UHGV virus genome: UHGV-1493261
Source of the DNA: a virus
DNA length: 64,000 nt
Strand: one strand, 5' to 3'
Positions 55,491-64,000 of this stretch are shown piece after piece. A program made the translations under genes and the position numbers. The notes beneath the pieces were generated by a model that saw only the letters and a program-made list of their open reading frames with translations, was not told the origin of the DNA and did no database searches. Position 1 is the stretch's first letter, and each line of letters opens with the position of its first letter.

Positions 55491-56060
55491 TTATTTTAAC
55501 ACTTCTAACTTCACAATACGACGCAGAAGGTAAACATATTCGCCAGCAGCTTCATGCGTCATATAATGGGTAGAAGGTGTGGAATGAGTGTTCTGGGTTT
55601 CTTTTAATCCAACGCGTTCAGCCCAACCATTAATAGAGTTCCCATAGAAACCGATAATCGCGCCAAAATAAATGCGCCCGCTTTCTGGCTCTAAAACATA
55701 GTTGACAGTGAAGCAAATGTCAGAACGAATAGACTCCAGTTTCATACCAACACGACCTTCAGAGAATTCGTTACGAACATATAAATGACGGAAGCGATCG
55801 CGCCGTGCTTGTGATGATTCTTCCAATTCTTGTCGAAGTGAAGAAGTTATGTCAATATTAAATGAAAATGTTGGATTTCGTAAATCAGAACGGGCCAACT
55901 CTAACGCAGATTCAATAACGCGACGGAAATTGATACTTTTACCTGTCAGGCGTTTCACTTCATCGGTGATTGTTCCAAAAGGGATTTTCGTGGCGTGTTC
56001 CCCTTCGTATTTTGCTAACAAAGGAATAATGTGTTTCATGATTGCTGTGTTAATGTGCAT
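55491..56060 (-). CDS. Hypothetical protein (AT-rich gene)
   Basis: 189-aa ORF in an AT-rich segment between the RNA island and the late structural genes. Confidence 0.45.
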   Translation of the reverse strand: MHINTAIMKHIIPLLAKYEGEHATKIPFGTITDEVKRLTGKSINFRRVIESALELARSDLRNPTFSFNIDITSSLRQELEESSQARRDRFRHLYVRNEFSEGRVGMKLESIRSDICFTVNYVLEPESGRIYFGAIIGFYGNSINGWAERVGLKETQNTHSTPSTHYMTHEAAGEYVYLLRRIVKLEVLK

Positions 56061-56425
56061 TCCGGAGCCTCACTCGATTGATTAAATGTCTCCGTTATTA
56101 TATTGGAGGTATGTTTATTGAATATAAACACAGGAATGACCAATAAAATAATGACAGTGATTATTAATAGGTAAAAACTACTTTTCTACAACATCAAGAA
56201 ACTGTATCCTAACGCAGTGCCCTTCGAGTTGTGAGTGTTAACGAACAACGAGAAGCAGCCTCCATGGCTGTGGAATGGTGCTGCCCGCACAGGGCGGTGT
56301 TACGAGCGAGGGCGTCAGCCCCCTCGCGAGTTATATTCGAATAAATTAAACGCGCGCGAGCGTTTTGATTCCCGTTGGCTAAATATCTTCAACACCATAT
56401 TCAAACTCAGGTGATGGAGATTATC

Positions 56426-58204
56426 ATGGCCACGCAAACAGTCCCTTCACTCGATGTCAGGGCTTTCGAGTATCTTATCAAGAAGCGCATGAAAGCTGAT
56501 CCAACTTTCAAGGATTATGACTTTGAAGGTTCTGGTCTCAGTGCAATCGTGCGTATCTTGGCCTCGGATGCCAACTCTATCGGGTTCATGCAGAACATGC
56601 TGAATGGCGAAAGCCATCTTCACTCTGCTCAACAGCGTTCTAATGTCGGTCTGGCGGCGGGGTTCTTATCTTACACCCCTCACAACTACCAGGCGGCGTA
56701 CCTGTACGCAAACGTCACAGTCACTCCATATGACGCCAGCACGGCTCCGGACACGATTATAATGGATCGCCGCGCGATGTTCATTGGGGCGAAGGATGGC
56801 AAATCCTACAACTTCACGGTTGAACAACCTGTGAGTGCCTCTCTTGTAGACGGCTCTTACAAGTTCGAGAACATCAAACTCGTACAGGGCAACTGGCTAT
56901 ACAAGTCCTATGACGTGGAAGGCAGCGCGATCTCTACCTATGTGATCCCATCTTCTTCCGTGGACATCGACCATATGGTGGTGCAGGTGCAGGAATCTGA
57001 GACATCTGACGTGCGGTCTACCTTCTCACGATATGTCAGCCCGTTCGATTTGAGCCAGTATGCGCAACTCTACTTCGTTGAGCTGGGGTTGGACGGGATG
57101 TACACGTTCGAATTCGGTGATGGGTATATCTGTAAGCGAGTAGAAGACGGGAACGTCGTGTACCTCCAGTATCTGGAGACAGCTGGTGCAGACGGCAATG
57201 ATATCACTGCCTTGTCCTCCGCGTCTTCCATCGGGGGATTCAACCTTGTGGATGTTGAGCTGGTGTCAGAACGTTCTTCCGGCGGTGCGGACCCGGAGAG
57301 CATTGAGGACATCAAGCGCCTTGCTCCGCTGGCTTATCAGGCTGAGGGTGCGGCAGTGGCCGAAGTCGATTATGCTGTGTTGACCGAGCGTCTGTTCTCC
57401 AACGTCTCCCGCGCCAAAGCATATGGCGGCGACACGCTCTCTCCGCCTGACTCCGGATACGTTTACATTGCTGTGATACCTTCTGTTGGTGAGGCGCTCT
57501 CGGACGCTGAGAAGGCAGATATCGTGGCGACGTTAGACAAGTACAATGTGGGCACGATCACACCCAAGATTGTCGACGCTGAACTGACTTATGTTGATGT
57601 CACCACCCGCGTGTTCTGGGATCCGACTTCCACGTCCTATACCGAAGAGCAGTTGAAGACAGTCGTGAAGAACGGTGTTGTCAACTGGGGCTTGGGGAAC
57701 CTAGAAGGATTCGACGAACTGTTCGATAAAGAGCAATTACAGTCGGCCATCACCGACATGGACAGATCTATAGTGTCAAACATCACTTCTGTGAAGTACA
57801 AGCGCCATTTCAAGCCAGACTATGGGGTACTGGACAGCTTCACATTCGATTTTGGGCGCTCGATTGCGTCTGGTTCTGTGCGTATCAGTGGGTTTAAGCC
57901 GCTTCCGGCCGAGGTCGAATTCACTTACTATATACGCGACGTCAGTGGTGTCCTGAATATGTACAAGGTGAGTACAACAGACACAACCAAGGAATATCTG
58001 GTACAAGCTGTTGGAACGGTTGATTATGCGACTGGCGTTGTTGAACTCCAGCGTATCATAGTATCCAACTACAACACTGAGGGTGTGACAATAATTGTGT
58101 CTCCAGACGGTCTTGACCAGAACATTCAGGCCACACAGAATCAGGTGCTCCGCATCGGTGCTGTAACTGTGGAGCCGGAGGTGCGTTATGTCCAAAGATC
58201 TTAA
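56426..58204 (+). CDS. Baseplate wedge protein (gp6 / Baseplate_J-like)
   Basis: Start at ATG with GGAG 8 nt upstream (ORF-track start 56375). Large beta-rich protein heading the plus-strand late block; assignment by size and position. Confidence 0.5.
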   Translation: MATQTVPSLDVRAFEYLIKKRMKADPTFKDYDFEGSGLSAIVRILASDANSIGFMQNMLNGESHLHSAQQRSNVGLAAGFLSYTPHNYQAAYLYANVTVTPYDASTAPDTIIMDRRAMFIGAKDGKSYNFTVEQPVSASLVDGSYKFENIKLVQGNWLYKSYDVEGSAISTYVIPSSSVDIDHMVVQVQESETSDVRSTFSRYVSPFDLSQYAQLYFVELGLDGMYTFEFGDGYICKRVEDGNVVYLQYLETAGADGNDITALSSASSIGGFNLVDVELVSERSSGGADPESIEDIKRLAPLAYQAEGAAVAEVDYAVLTERLFSNVSRAKAYGGDTLSPPDSGYVYIAVIPSVGEALSDAEKADIVATLDKYNVGTITPKIVDAELTYVDVTTRVFWDPTSTSYTEEQLKTVVKNGVVNWGLGNLEGFDELFDKEQLQSAITDMDRSIVSNITSVKYKRHFKPDYGVLDSFTFDFGRSIASGSVRISGFKPLPAEVEFTYYIRDVSGVLNMYKVSTTDTTKEYLVQAVGTVDYATGVVELQRIIVSNYNTEGVTIIVSPDGLDQNIQATQNQVLRIGAVTVEPEVRYVQRS

Positions 58205-59042
58205 TAACGGACACAATGGGGTGAAATATGAAACCCCATTGTTCTACCAGAATGAATTCCCAGTATTCATCGAGTTCATGGATACGTTCTTCAACTGGTT
58301 GTATCGCCAGCAGGGATTCACCGAAGAGGAGATCTTGGCGTATCTGGCAGACACTGGTGGTTGGGTGAACCCAAATACGGATCAGTCTCCTATTGAGCAG
58401 TTGATTGACATCAAGAAGCGCAAGACGCCAGGTACTGAGGCCAAAGACTTCTTGGAAGACAAGTTCCTGACGCGCACGTTTGAGAACATGATGGCGCTAG
58501 ACTTCGAAAAATTGCTGGATGTAGATGGTCGGCCATTAATCTCAGTAGAAGACAAGAACGAACGCATCGACGATTGGTATGCTGATTTTGGATTCCAGAG
58601 AACGGTTGATAAGTCCTTCCTGGAGTTCGGGAAGTTTGTGCCAGTTGGTTCAGACAGTTTGGTGACTTCAGACGGAGACACACTCTCTGTGTATGTCGAG
58701 GGAACTGAACGCCGGACGCTGGACCATGTACGCTGGTTGAAGTTACTTAAACACATTTATCGCATTCGCGGGACGAAGAAAGCGATTGAATTGTTCTTCT
58801 GGATTTACTTTGGTTGCCCAGTGAGTGTGTATTATCCCAAGGAAGAAATTGGTGGCCTGGATGACAACTTTGAATGTGACGGCGCGACAGGAATGCGTGA
58901 CGATTACTACTATGATGAATTCACGTATGTGATAAGAGTTCCTGGCAACGTATCTGATTTTGAAGGTGTGTTTGATCGCGTCTTCCGTCAGCATTTCCAT
59001 CCTGCTGGGTTTACTGTATTCCTAGAAAGTACAAGGAGTTAA
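58188..59042 (+). CDS. Baseplate structural protein
   Basis: 284 aa; start overlaps the upstream gene end. Confidence 0.45.
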   Translation: MSKDLNNGHNGVKYETPLFYQNEFPVFIEFMDTFFNWLYRQQGFTEEEILAYLADTGGWVNPNTDQSPIEQLIDIKKRKTPGTEAKDFLEDKFLTRTFENMMALDFEKLLDVDGRPLISVEDKNERIDDWYADFGFQRTVDKSFLEFGKFVPVGSDSLVTSDGDTLSVYVEGTERRTLDHVRWLKLLKHIYRIRGTKKAIELFFWIYFGCPVSVYYPKEEIGGLDDNFECDGATGMRDDYYYDEFTYVIRVPGNVSDFEGVFDRVFRQHFHPAGFTVFLESTRS

Positions 59043-59044
59043 AA

Positions 59045-60235
59045 ATGGCCGATTTTCTGAGTCAATACACAGGTCAGCAGATTGATGCAATCCTTTCTTC
59101 TGTTGACGATAAAGTAAGTAAGTCTGATGTTGTCAACGATTTCTCTGTTGATGACCCGTTGTTCCCTCCGTCAGCTCATTTGACATACGAGCTGAAGCGT
59201 TCTGTGGATAATATCTACGACACACTGGAAAACAAAGTGATCCGCACCGACGGCGGTGAACAAACGATCAACGGGAGAAAGACTTTTGTTGCGTTGTTGA
59301 CCGCCAACGGCGGCCTGACTGTTCCGGCTGGAAAGAAACTGTCTATCGCGGATGAGCCTACGATAGCGACAGATGGTGTTAACCTGAGCATGTTGAGAAA
59401 GCATGGTGTCAGTGAAGACACTACCCCACCTGGTTCTGGTTTGGCTGGGGAGTTGTTGACATCCGGATATTACAAATTCAATTTGGATTTCACCAAATTG
59501 TCTGCGTATACCGGATCAACGTTGCCGACTTCAGTTCCAGTACAAACAGATTCTGGAGCGCGTTATTGGACAATGACTGCATTTTTTGATGCGTTGTTTG
59601 CAGACAACCGATTTAATGGATATGTGGCAACGACAGCGTATGATGCAGATATGCTGAGTTTAGAGTCCCAGATTAATAACATCAACACATCGTTGAACGG
59701 GAAAGTCAACACCTCGACTTACAACACGAAGATGGCGTCATTGGATTTGAGTATCTCCAATATCAATACGTCTCTGGGTAATAAAGTCGAGGTTAGCACG
59801 TACAACACGAAGATGACATCTCTGGATAACAGCATCAGTTCTCTTTCCAGTGATAAAGTTAGTGTATCAACGTATAATGCCAAGATGACCTCTGTCGACA
59901 ATAGTTTAGGGAACGCCGTTTATCGTACCAAAACGAATTTGTCTTCTTACACGGTTTCGGCTTCTGGGACGACGGCTCTTCCAGATTTTGATTTGGTGAA
60001 CCTTTGTCAAATACTGGTAACTGCGCAATGGGGGACAGGTAACGTTGTTGATACATATCGAGTAACCATAACTCGTGACGGAACGATCAAATCAGAGTTG
60101 TTGGTTCAGAAAAGTACGAGCGGTACAGTGACGTTCACAGGGGCTGTGGTGGGTGGTAAATTGAGAATTTCCGTTGTTAATGCGAATACAACAACTGCCT
60201 GTTCGGTCGATTATTCTATTGTAGCTTCTTTCTAA
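59045..60235 (+). CDS. Tail fiber protein with internal 21-aa tandem repeats
   Basis: 396 aa. Repeats NINTSLNGKVNTSTYNTKMASLDLSIS / NINTSLGNKVEVSTYNTKMTSLDNSIS / ...VSVSTYNAKMTSVDNSLGN. Confidence 0.6.
   Translation: MADFLSQYTGQQIDAILSSVDDKVSKSDVVNDFSVDDPLFPPSAHLTYELKRSVDNIYDTLENKVIRTDGGEQTINGRKTFVALLTANGGLTVPAGKKLSIADEPTIATDGVNLSMLRKHGVSEDTTPPGSGLAGELLTSGYYKFNLDFTKLSAYTGSTLPTSVPVQTDSGARYWTMTAFFDALFADNRFNGYVATTAYDADMLSLESQINNINTSLNGKVNTSTYNTKMASLDLSISNINTSLGNKVEVSTYNTKMTSLDNSISSLSSDKVSVSTYNAKMTSVDNSLGNAVYRTKTNLSSYTVSASGTTALPDFDLVNLCQILVTAQWGTGNVVDTYRVTITRDGTIKSELLVQKSTSGTVTFTGAVVGGKLRISVVNANTTTACSVDYSIVASF
59682..59915 (+). repeat. ~63-nt tandem repeats within the tail fiber gene
   Basis: About three diverged copies encoding the STYNTKM-containing heptad-like unit. 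Confidence 0.6.
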
Positions 60236-60236
60236 A

Positions 60237-60280
60237 ACTAAATACCCCCTAGATGACATGAATACATTTAGGGGTATTAC
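60237..60280 (+). promoter_or_regulatory. Promoter-like CTAAATACCCC motif with hairpin leader upstream of the tail spike gene
   Basis: CTAAATACCCCCTA...TAGGGGTATT inverted repeat ending 5 nt before the ATG at 60283; same architecture at 63485-63523 and, on the minus strand, at 50326-50439. Confidence 0.4.
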
Positions 60281-60282
60281 AA

Positions 60283-63200
60283 ATGGCCAACAAACCAACA
60301 CAGCCTCTTTTCCCTTTGGGTTTAGAAACTTCTGAGTCTTCGAATATAAAAGGCTTCAACAACTCCGGCACTATTGAGCATTCCCATGGTGCCGTAATGA
60401 CATTTCCTGAAGATACTGAAGTTACAGGTCTTCCATCTTCTGTACGTTACAATCCTGATAGTGATGAATTCGAAGGTTATTACGAAAATGGTGGTTGGTT
60501 GCCGCTGGGTGGCGGTGGCATCCGCTGGGAAGTCCTTCCGCATGCCTCTACGGCAACGCTCACTGAAGGGCGAGGCTATCTCATTAATAATACCACAGGG
60601 GCATCTACAGTGGTTCTCCCTTCCCCTACGCGTATTGGGGATTCCGTTACTATTTGTGACGCTTATGGGAAATTTGCCACTTACCCATTGACCGTGTCTC
60701 CTTCTGGAAATAATTTGTATGGCTCCACTGAAGACATGGCTATAACAACTGATAACGTATCAGCAACGTTCACTTGGTCTGGACCTGAACAAGGTTGGAT
60801 TATTACATCCGGCGTCGGTCTTGGCCAAGGTCGTGTCTACAGTCGTGAAATCTTTACAAAAATTTTGGCGTCTGAAACAAGTTCTGTCGCTCTCAATACC
60901 CCACCAACAATCGTGGACGTGTATGCTGATGGAAAACGTCTTGCGGAATCCAAATATTCACTAGATGGGAATGTAATCATTTTCAGTCCTTCTTTGCCAG
61001 CCAGCACAGAACTTCAGGTGATTGAATATACTCCTATTCAATTGGGTATTGGGGATGGTTCTGGCTCTTCCACGATTACCTGGGTCTATAATGGGGGTTC
61101 AGCGATTGGTGGTGAAACCGAAATCACGTTGGACGTCGTTGTTGATGATGTTCCGGCCATTGATATAAACGGAAGTCGCCAGTATAAAAATCTGGGATTC
61201 ACATTCGATCCATTAACCAGTAAAATCTCTCTTGCACAAGAACTGGAACCAGAGGATGAAGTTGTTGTAATTATCAATGGAACACCAAACATCTATAATC
61301 AAATTGATTATACTTTGCGGGAAGTTGCTCGTGTAACCAATGTTAAAGATACAGAGGTCGTTTATTTTAGTGTTGGTGCTGCGTTAAGTGGGTATAAAGT
61401 TATTTATGACAAGGAGACGCAAAGGGCTTATCCCTTGCCTGCTGATATTGTCCCTGGTACTACTGCTGTCAGTCTTAGTTCTTCCGCTGTACTTGTACAT
61501 TCAGCGGGTTCTGTAGATCTCGGGGAATTGGCTGTATCTCGTGAAGAGTACGTCACATTGTCCGGGTCATTTGATACCGGTGTAACAGTTAATACCAAGA
61601 ATGAACTGGTTGTCTTTACTGACGGCAAGTACCGTTGGGATGGGGTGTTGCCTAAAGAAGTTTCTGCTGGTTCAACCCCTTCGACAACTGGTGGAATTGG
61701 TTTAGGGAAGTGGGTTAGTGTTGGCGATGCATCACTTAGATCAGAGTTGTCAAAAAGTGATGGTTTTTTATTGATTGGTGGACTGAAAGAAACATTTTAT
61801 CGAACATTTGATAACATCCAAATCATGAAGTCAGATGATAATCTAAAAGATGGGGATGTAGTTTCAACCAAGGGGTTTTATACAAAAGGTGATTTAGGTG
61901 GTTCGACATACCGAATAACAGCATCTGCTACGGCGGATGGTTGTAATGTGATTGCATTAGATAACGGTTTGTTCGCAGTTAACACTAAAACCCGCGTGCG
62001 TATCCAAGAGTTGGGGGTAGTAGATAACCCATCCGTGGATCAGTCTGCAATATTTAACACAGCTATGTCATACGCTGGTGGGGAAGTTATCATTGATGGT
62101 ATCTCAATTTTACTTACAGCAACCGTAACAGTTGCACGGTCTATGCATTGCGTGAACGGGGGGAAACTAATAACTACCTCAAGTACATACGCAAATATTG
62201 TGAGGATTTCAAAGGATAACGGATTTTTCACTTTAAACATAGACGCTAATAAAGCGGCGTGTATGCCAGTCAGGGTGACAGGGAACGGTAATAAATTTAC
62301 AGCAATTTCCATTACTGGACTTTATGCACCTTCTGGTTCCGGGACGGGAGTTATTGGAGTCCAGTTTCAGGGGTCTAATAATGTCGTGGATTCTATTGTT
62401 GGTTCTGACTGTGTAAACACCGGAAACACAAACGCGTCAATGCCGCAGTTGTTTATGTTCTATGATGGTTCTAAGAATAACTACATAGGGTCTGTGTATG
62501 CCTCTGGGTGCTGCTCTATTTTAAACTCAGCACAAGATATAGAAGTTACGGTGGGCAGGATGTATCTTGTTGACTGCCAGGACAATGGGATATATGGCGG
62601 TGGGCGTATTCATGTCGATTACTTCCATTACGATGGTAGTGAGGAAGCAATCGCTGGCTCATCCCTAGCGGACCTTACCATAACTTACGCAGAAGTTGGT
62701 GGTGAAGGGCTTGGTGCAGTTTCGTATGCCGATATGACCCGTATGAGCATAGACCATTTGCACATATTTAGGGGTACGGATGGGGATACCCCAAAATCAG
62801 TGGTAAATGCCCGAACAGTCGTCACAACGGCTGGCGTATTATCTATTGGGCGTTTAACAGGTGAGATTGAAGGTGTACGTCTTTTTTCATGCGACAAAGG
62901 TATGTTAAATCAGTTTATTCTTGGGGCGTGCGATATTTTGTTTGTATATAACGCTTCCCGTATGAACGAGCGGATAGCCGACATACGCAACGTCAGGTCG
63001 TTTCGTATCGGCGACATGAGCGTGAGATTTTGGGATAAAGGTAATGCTTTGGCTAGTACATCCCTTAATGTACCCTTTGATTTCCCTGTTTCCCCGTCAG
63101 CACCGAGCACATTAAACAGTCTTAACTTCATCGGTTTGATGGTTGACCAGGCAACACCTCAGCCGAATGTAACATTTCAAGGGCGCGGTCTGAGAAACTC

Positions 63201-63423
63201 TAATGTATATGTCAGACACGGTTTATGGCAGACAAATATTGGGCCATACCTGCGAGAAATGACTTATTCGCTAGGCTACAACGGGGATAATGGGATACAA
63301 CAAACACCGACAACGGGATACTGGCGTAAAGGTGAAGATTTTGCACTCATAAACGCTACTGCGGCTCCATTCCGGTTAAGGTGCACCGTATCTGGCACAC
63401 CAGGTACTTTTGTTGCCTATTAA
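60283..63423 (+). CDS. Tail spike protein (long form with N-terminal anchor domains and C-terminal beta-helix)
   Basis: 1046 aa. Residues ~360-490 are near-identical to the N-terminus of the next gene; C-terminal half is beta-helix-like and Gly/Asn/Val-rich. Confidence 0.65.
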   Translation: MANKPTQPLFPLGLETSESSNIKGFNNSGTIEHSHGAVMTFPEDTEVTGLPSSVRYNPDSDEFEGYYENGGWLPLGGGGIRWEVLPHASTATLTEGRGYLINNTTGASTVVLPSPTRIGDSVTICDAYGKFATYPLTVSPSGNNLYGSTEDMAITTDNVSATFTWSGPEQGWIITSGVGLGQGRVYSREIFTKILASETSSVALNTPPTIVDVYADGKRLAESKYSLDGNVIIFSPSLPASTELQVIEYTPIQLGIGDGSGSSTITWVYNGGSAIGGETEITLDVVVDDVPAIDINGSRQYKNLGFTFDPLTSKISLAQELEPEDEVVVIINGTPNIYNQIDYTLREVARVTNVKDTEVVYFSVGAALSGYKVIYDKETQRAYPLPADIVPGTTAVSLSSSAVLVHSAGSVDLGELAVSREEYVTLSGSFDTGVTVNTKNELVVFTDGKYRWDGVLPKEVSAGSTPSTTGGIGLGKWVSVGDASLRSELSKSDGFLLIGGLKETFYRTFDNIQIMKSDDNLKDGDVVSTKGFYTKGDLGGSTYRITASATADGCNVIALDNGLFAVNTKTRVRIQELGVVDNPSVDQSAIFNTAMSYAGGEVIIDGISILLTATVTVARSMHCVNGGKLITTSSTYANIVRISKDNGFFTLNIDANKAACMPVRVTGNGNKFTAISITGLYAPSGSGTGVIGVQFQGSNNVVDSIVGSDCVNTGNTNASMPQLFMFYDGSKNNYIGSVYASGCCSILNSAQDIEVTVGRMYLVDCQDNGIYGGGRIHVDYFHYDGSEEAIAGSSLADLTITYAEVGGEGLGAVSYADMTRMSIDHLHIFRGTDGDTPKSVVNARTVVTTAGVLSIGRLTGEIEGVRLFSCDKGMLNQFILGACDILFVYNASRMNERIADIRNVRSFRIGDMSVRFWDKGNALASTSLNVPFDFPVSPSAPSTLNSLNFIGLMVDQATPQPNVTFQGRGLRNSNVYVRHGLWQTNIGPYLREMTYSLGYNGDNGIQQTPTTGYWRKGEDFALINATAAPFRLRCTVSGTPGTFVAY

Positions 63424-63429
63424 AACTAA

Positions 63430-63455
63430 CCCCGCTTTGGCGGGGTTCTTATTAT
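63430..63455 (+). terminator. Intrinsic terminator
   Basis: AACCCCGC-TTTG-GCGGGGTT followed by CTTATT. Confidence 0.55.
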
Positions 63456-63484
63456 ACCTTTGTTCATAAATTTTATTAGTTCAG

Positions 63485-63523
63485 CCTAAATACCCCATAT
63501 TGGTCATCCTTTATGGGGTATTA
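63485..63523 (+). promoter_or_regulatory. Promoter-like CCTAAATACCCC motif with hairpin leader upstream of the second tail spike gene
   Basis: CCTAAATACCCCAT-(14 nt)-ATGGGGTATT, then ATG at 63526. Confidence 0.4.
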
Positions 63524-63525
63524 TC

Positions 63526-64000
63526 ATGATTTCTCAATTCAATCAACCACGCGGCTCCACTTCCATAGAAGTTAACAAACAATCTATCGCTCGAAATTTC
63601 GGTGTCAAAGAAGACGAAGTCATTTATTTCACTGCTGGTATTGATCTCAGCGGATTTAAAGTAATTTATGATGAGTCTACCCAACGGGCTTATTCTCTTC
63701 CTTCAGGTATTGTTTCAGGAACCACTGCTGTTAGTCTTAGTGCTGACGCTGTTCTTGTGCACTCAGCTGGTTCTATAGACCTCGGAGAATTAGCCGTATC
63801 CCGTGAGGAATATGTTACATTGCCCGGGTCCTTTAATTCTGGTGCTACGCTTAATGCTAAAAATGAAATACTTACCCATACAACAGGAAAATATCGTTGG
63901 GATGGTGAATTACCTAAAATAGTGCCTGCTGGTTCAACTCCAGATAGTACTGGCGGTGTTAAATTAGGAGCATGGGTTAGTGTTGGTGATGCATCACTGC
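63526..64000 (+). CDS. Tail spike protein (second paralog), 3'-partial at window edge
   Basis: N-terminus MISQFNQ...VIYDESTQRAYSLPSGIVSGTTAVSLSADAVLVHSAGSIDLGELAVSREEYVTLPGSF...GKYRWDGELPK...WVSVGDASL duplicates the internal module of the upstream spike. Confidence 0.65.
   Translation, partial: MISQFNQPRGSTSIEVNKQSIARNFGVKEDEVIYFTAGIDLSGFKVIYDESTQRAYSLPSGIVSGTTAVSLSADAVLVHSAGSIDLGELAVSREEYVTLPGSFNSGATLNAKNEILTHTTGKYRWDGELPKIVPAGSTPDSTGGVKLGAWVSVGDASL

Noticed and set aside
1-64000. CRISPR array, integrase / prophage junction, rRNA genes
   Set aside because: No regularly spaced direct repeats, no recombinase-like ORF and no rRNA-like sequence were seen; the window reads as internal phage genome.

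Overview
This window reads as a T4-superfamily myovirus genome segment with the hallmarks of ViI-like (Ackermannviridae-type) phages. All calls are from manual reading of the sequence and ORF track; no database search was run, so product names are motif- and synteny-based. Hand-derived coordinates (tRNAs, hairpins, intron boundaries, revised starts) are approximate to a few nt. Content, in order: (1) a translationally coupled nucleotide-metabolism block at 1-2777 (P-loop kinase, thymidylate-synthase-fold enzyme, gp1-like dNMP kinase, NTP pyrophosphatase), best explained as a hydroxymethyl-dUMP / thymidine-hypermodification module; (2) replication and recombination genes: UvsX, gp41 helicase, ATP-dependent DNA ligase, a gp59-like loader, topoisomerase II subunits, and a family-B DNA polymerase interrupted inside motif A by a ~1.2 kb insert carrying an HNH endonuclease, which I interpret as a group I intron; (3) a minus-strand tail/baseplate hub block; (4) rIIA and rIIB; (5) many small early genes including dCMP deaminase, a DEDDh exonuclease, a metallophosphoesterase, a macro-domain protein, a LemA-family protein, an Ig-like protein and a lipoprotein; (6) a ~3 kb ORF-poor island with five canonical tRNAs plus tRNA-like and repeat-rich elements; (7) late structural genes on the plus strand: baseplate wedge, a tail fiber with tandem repeats, and two tail-spike genes sharing a duplicated N-terminal module. 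The items I would look at first are the intron in the polymerase, the hypermodification candidates, and the non-coding island.
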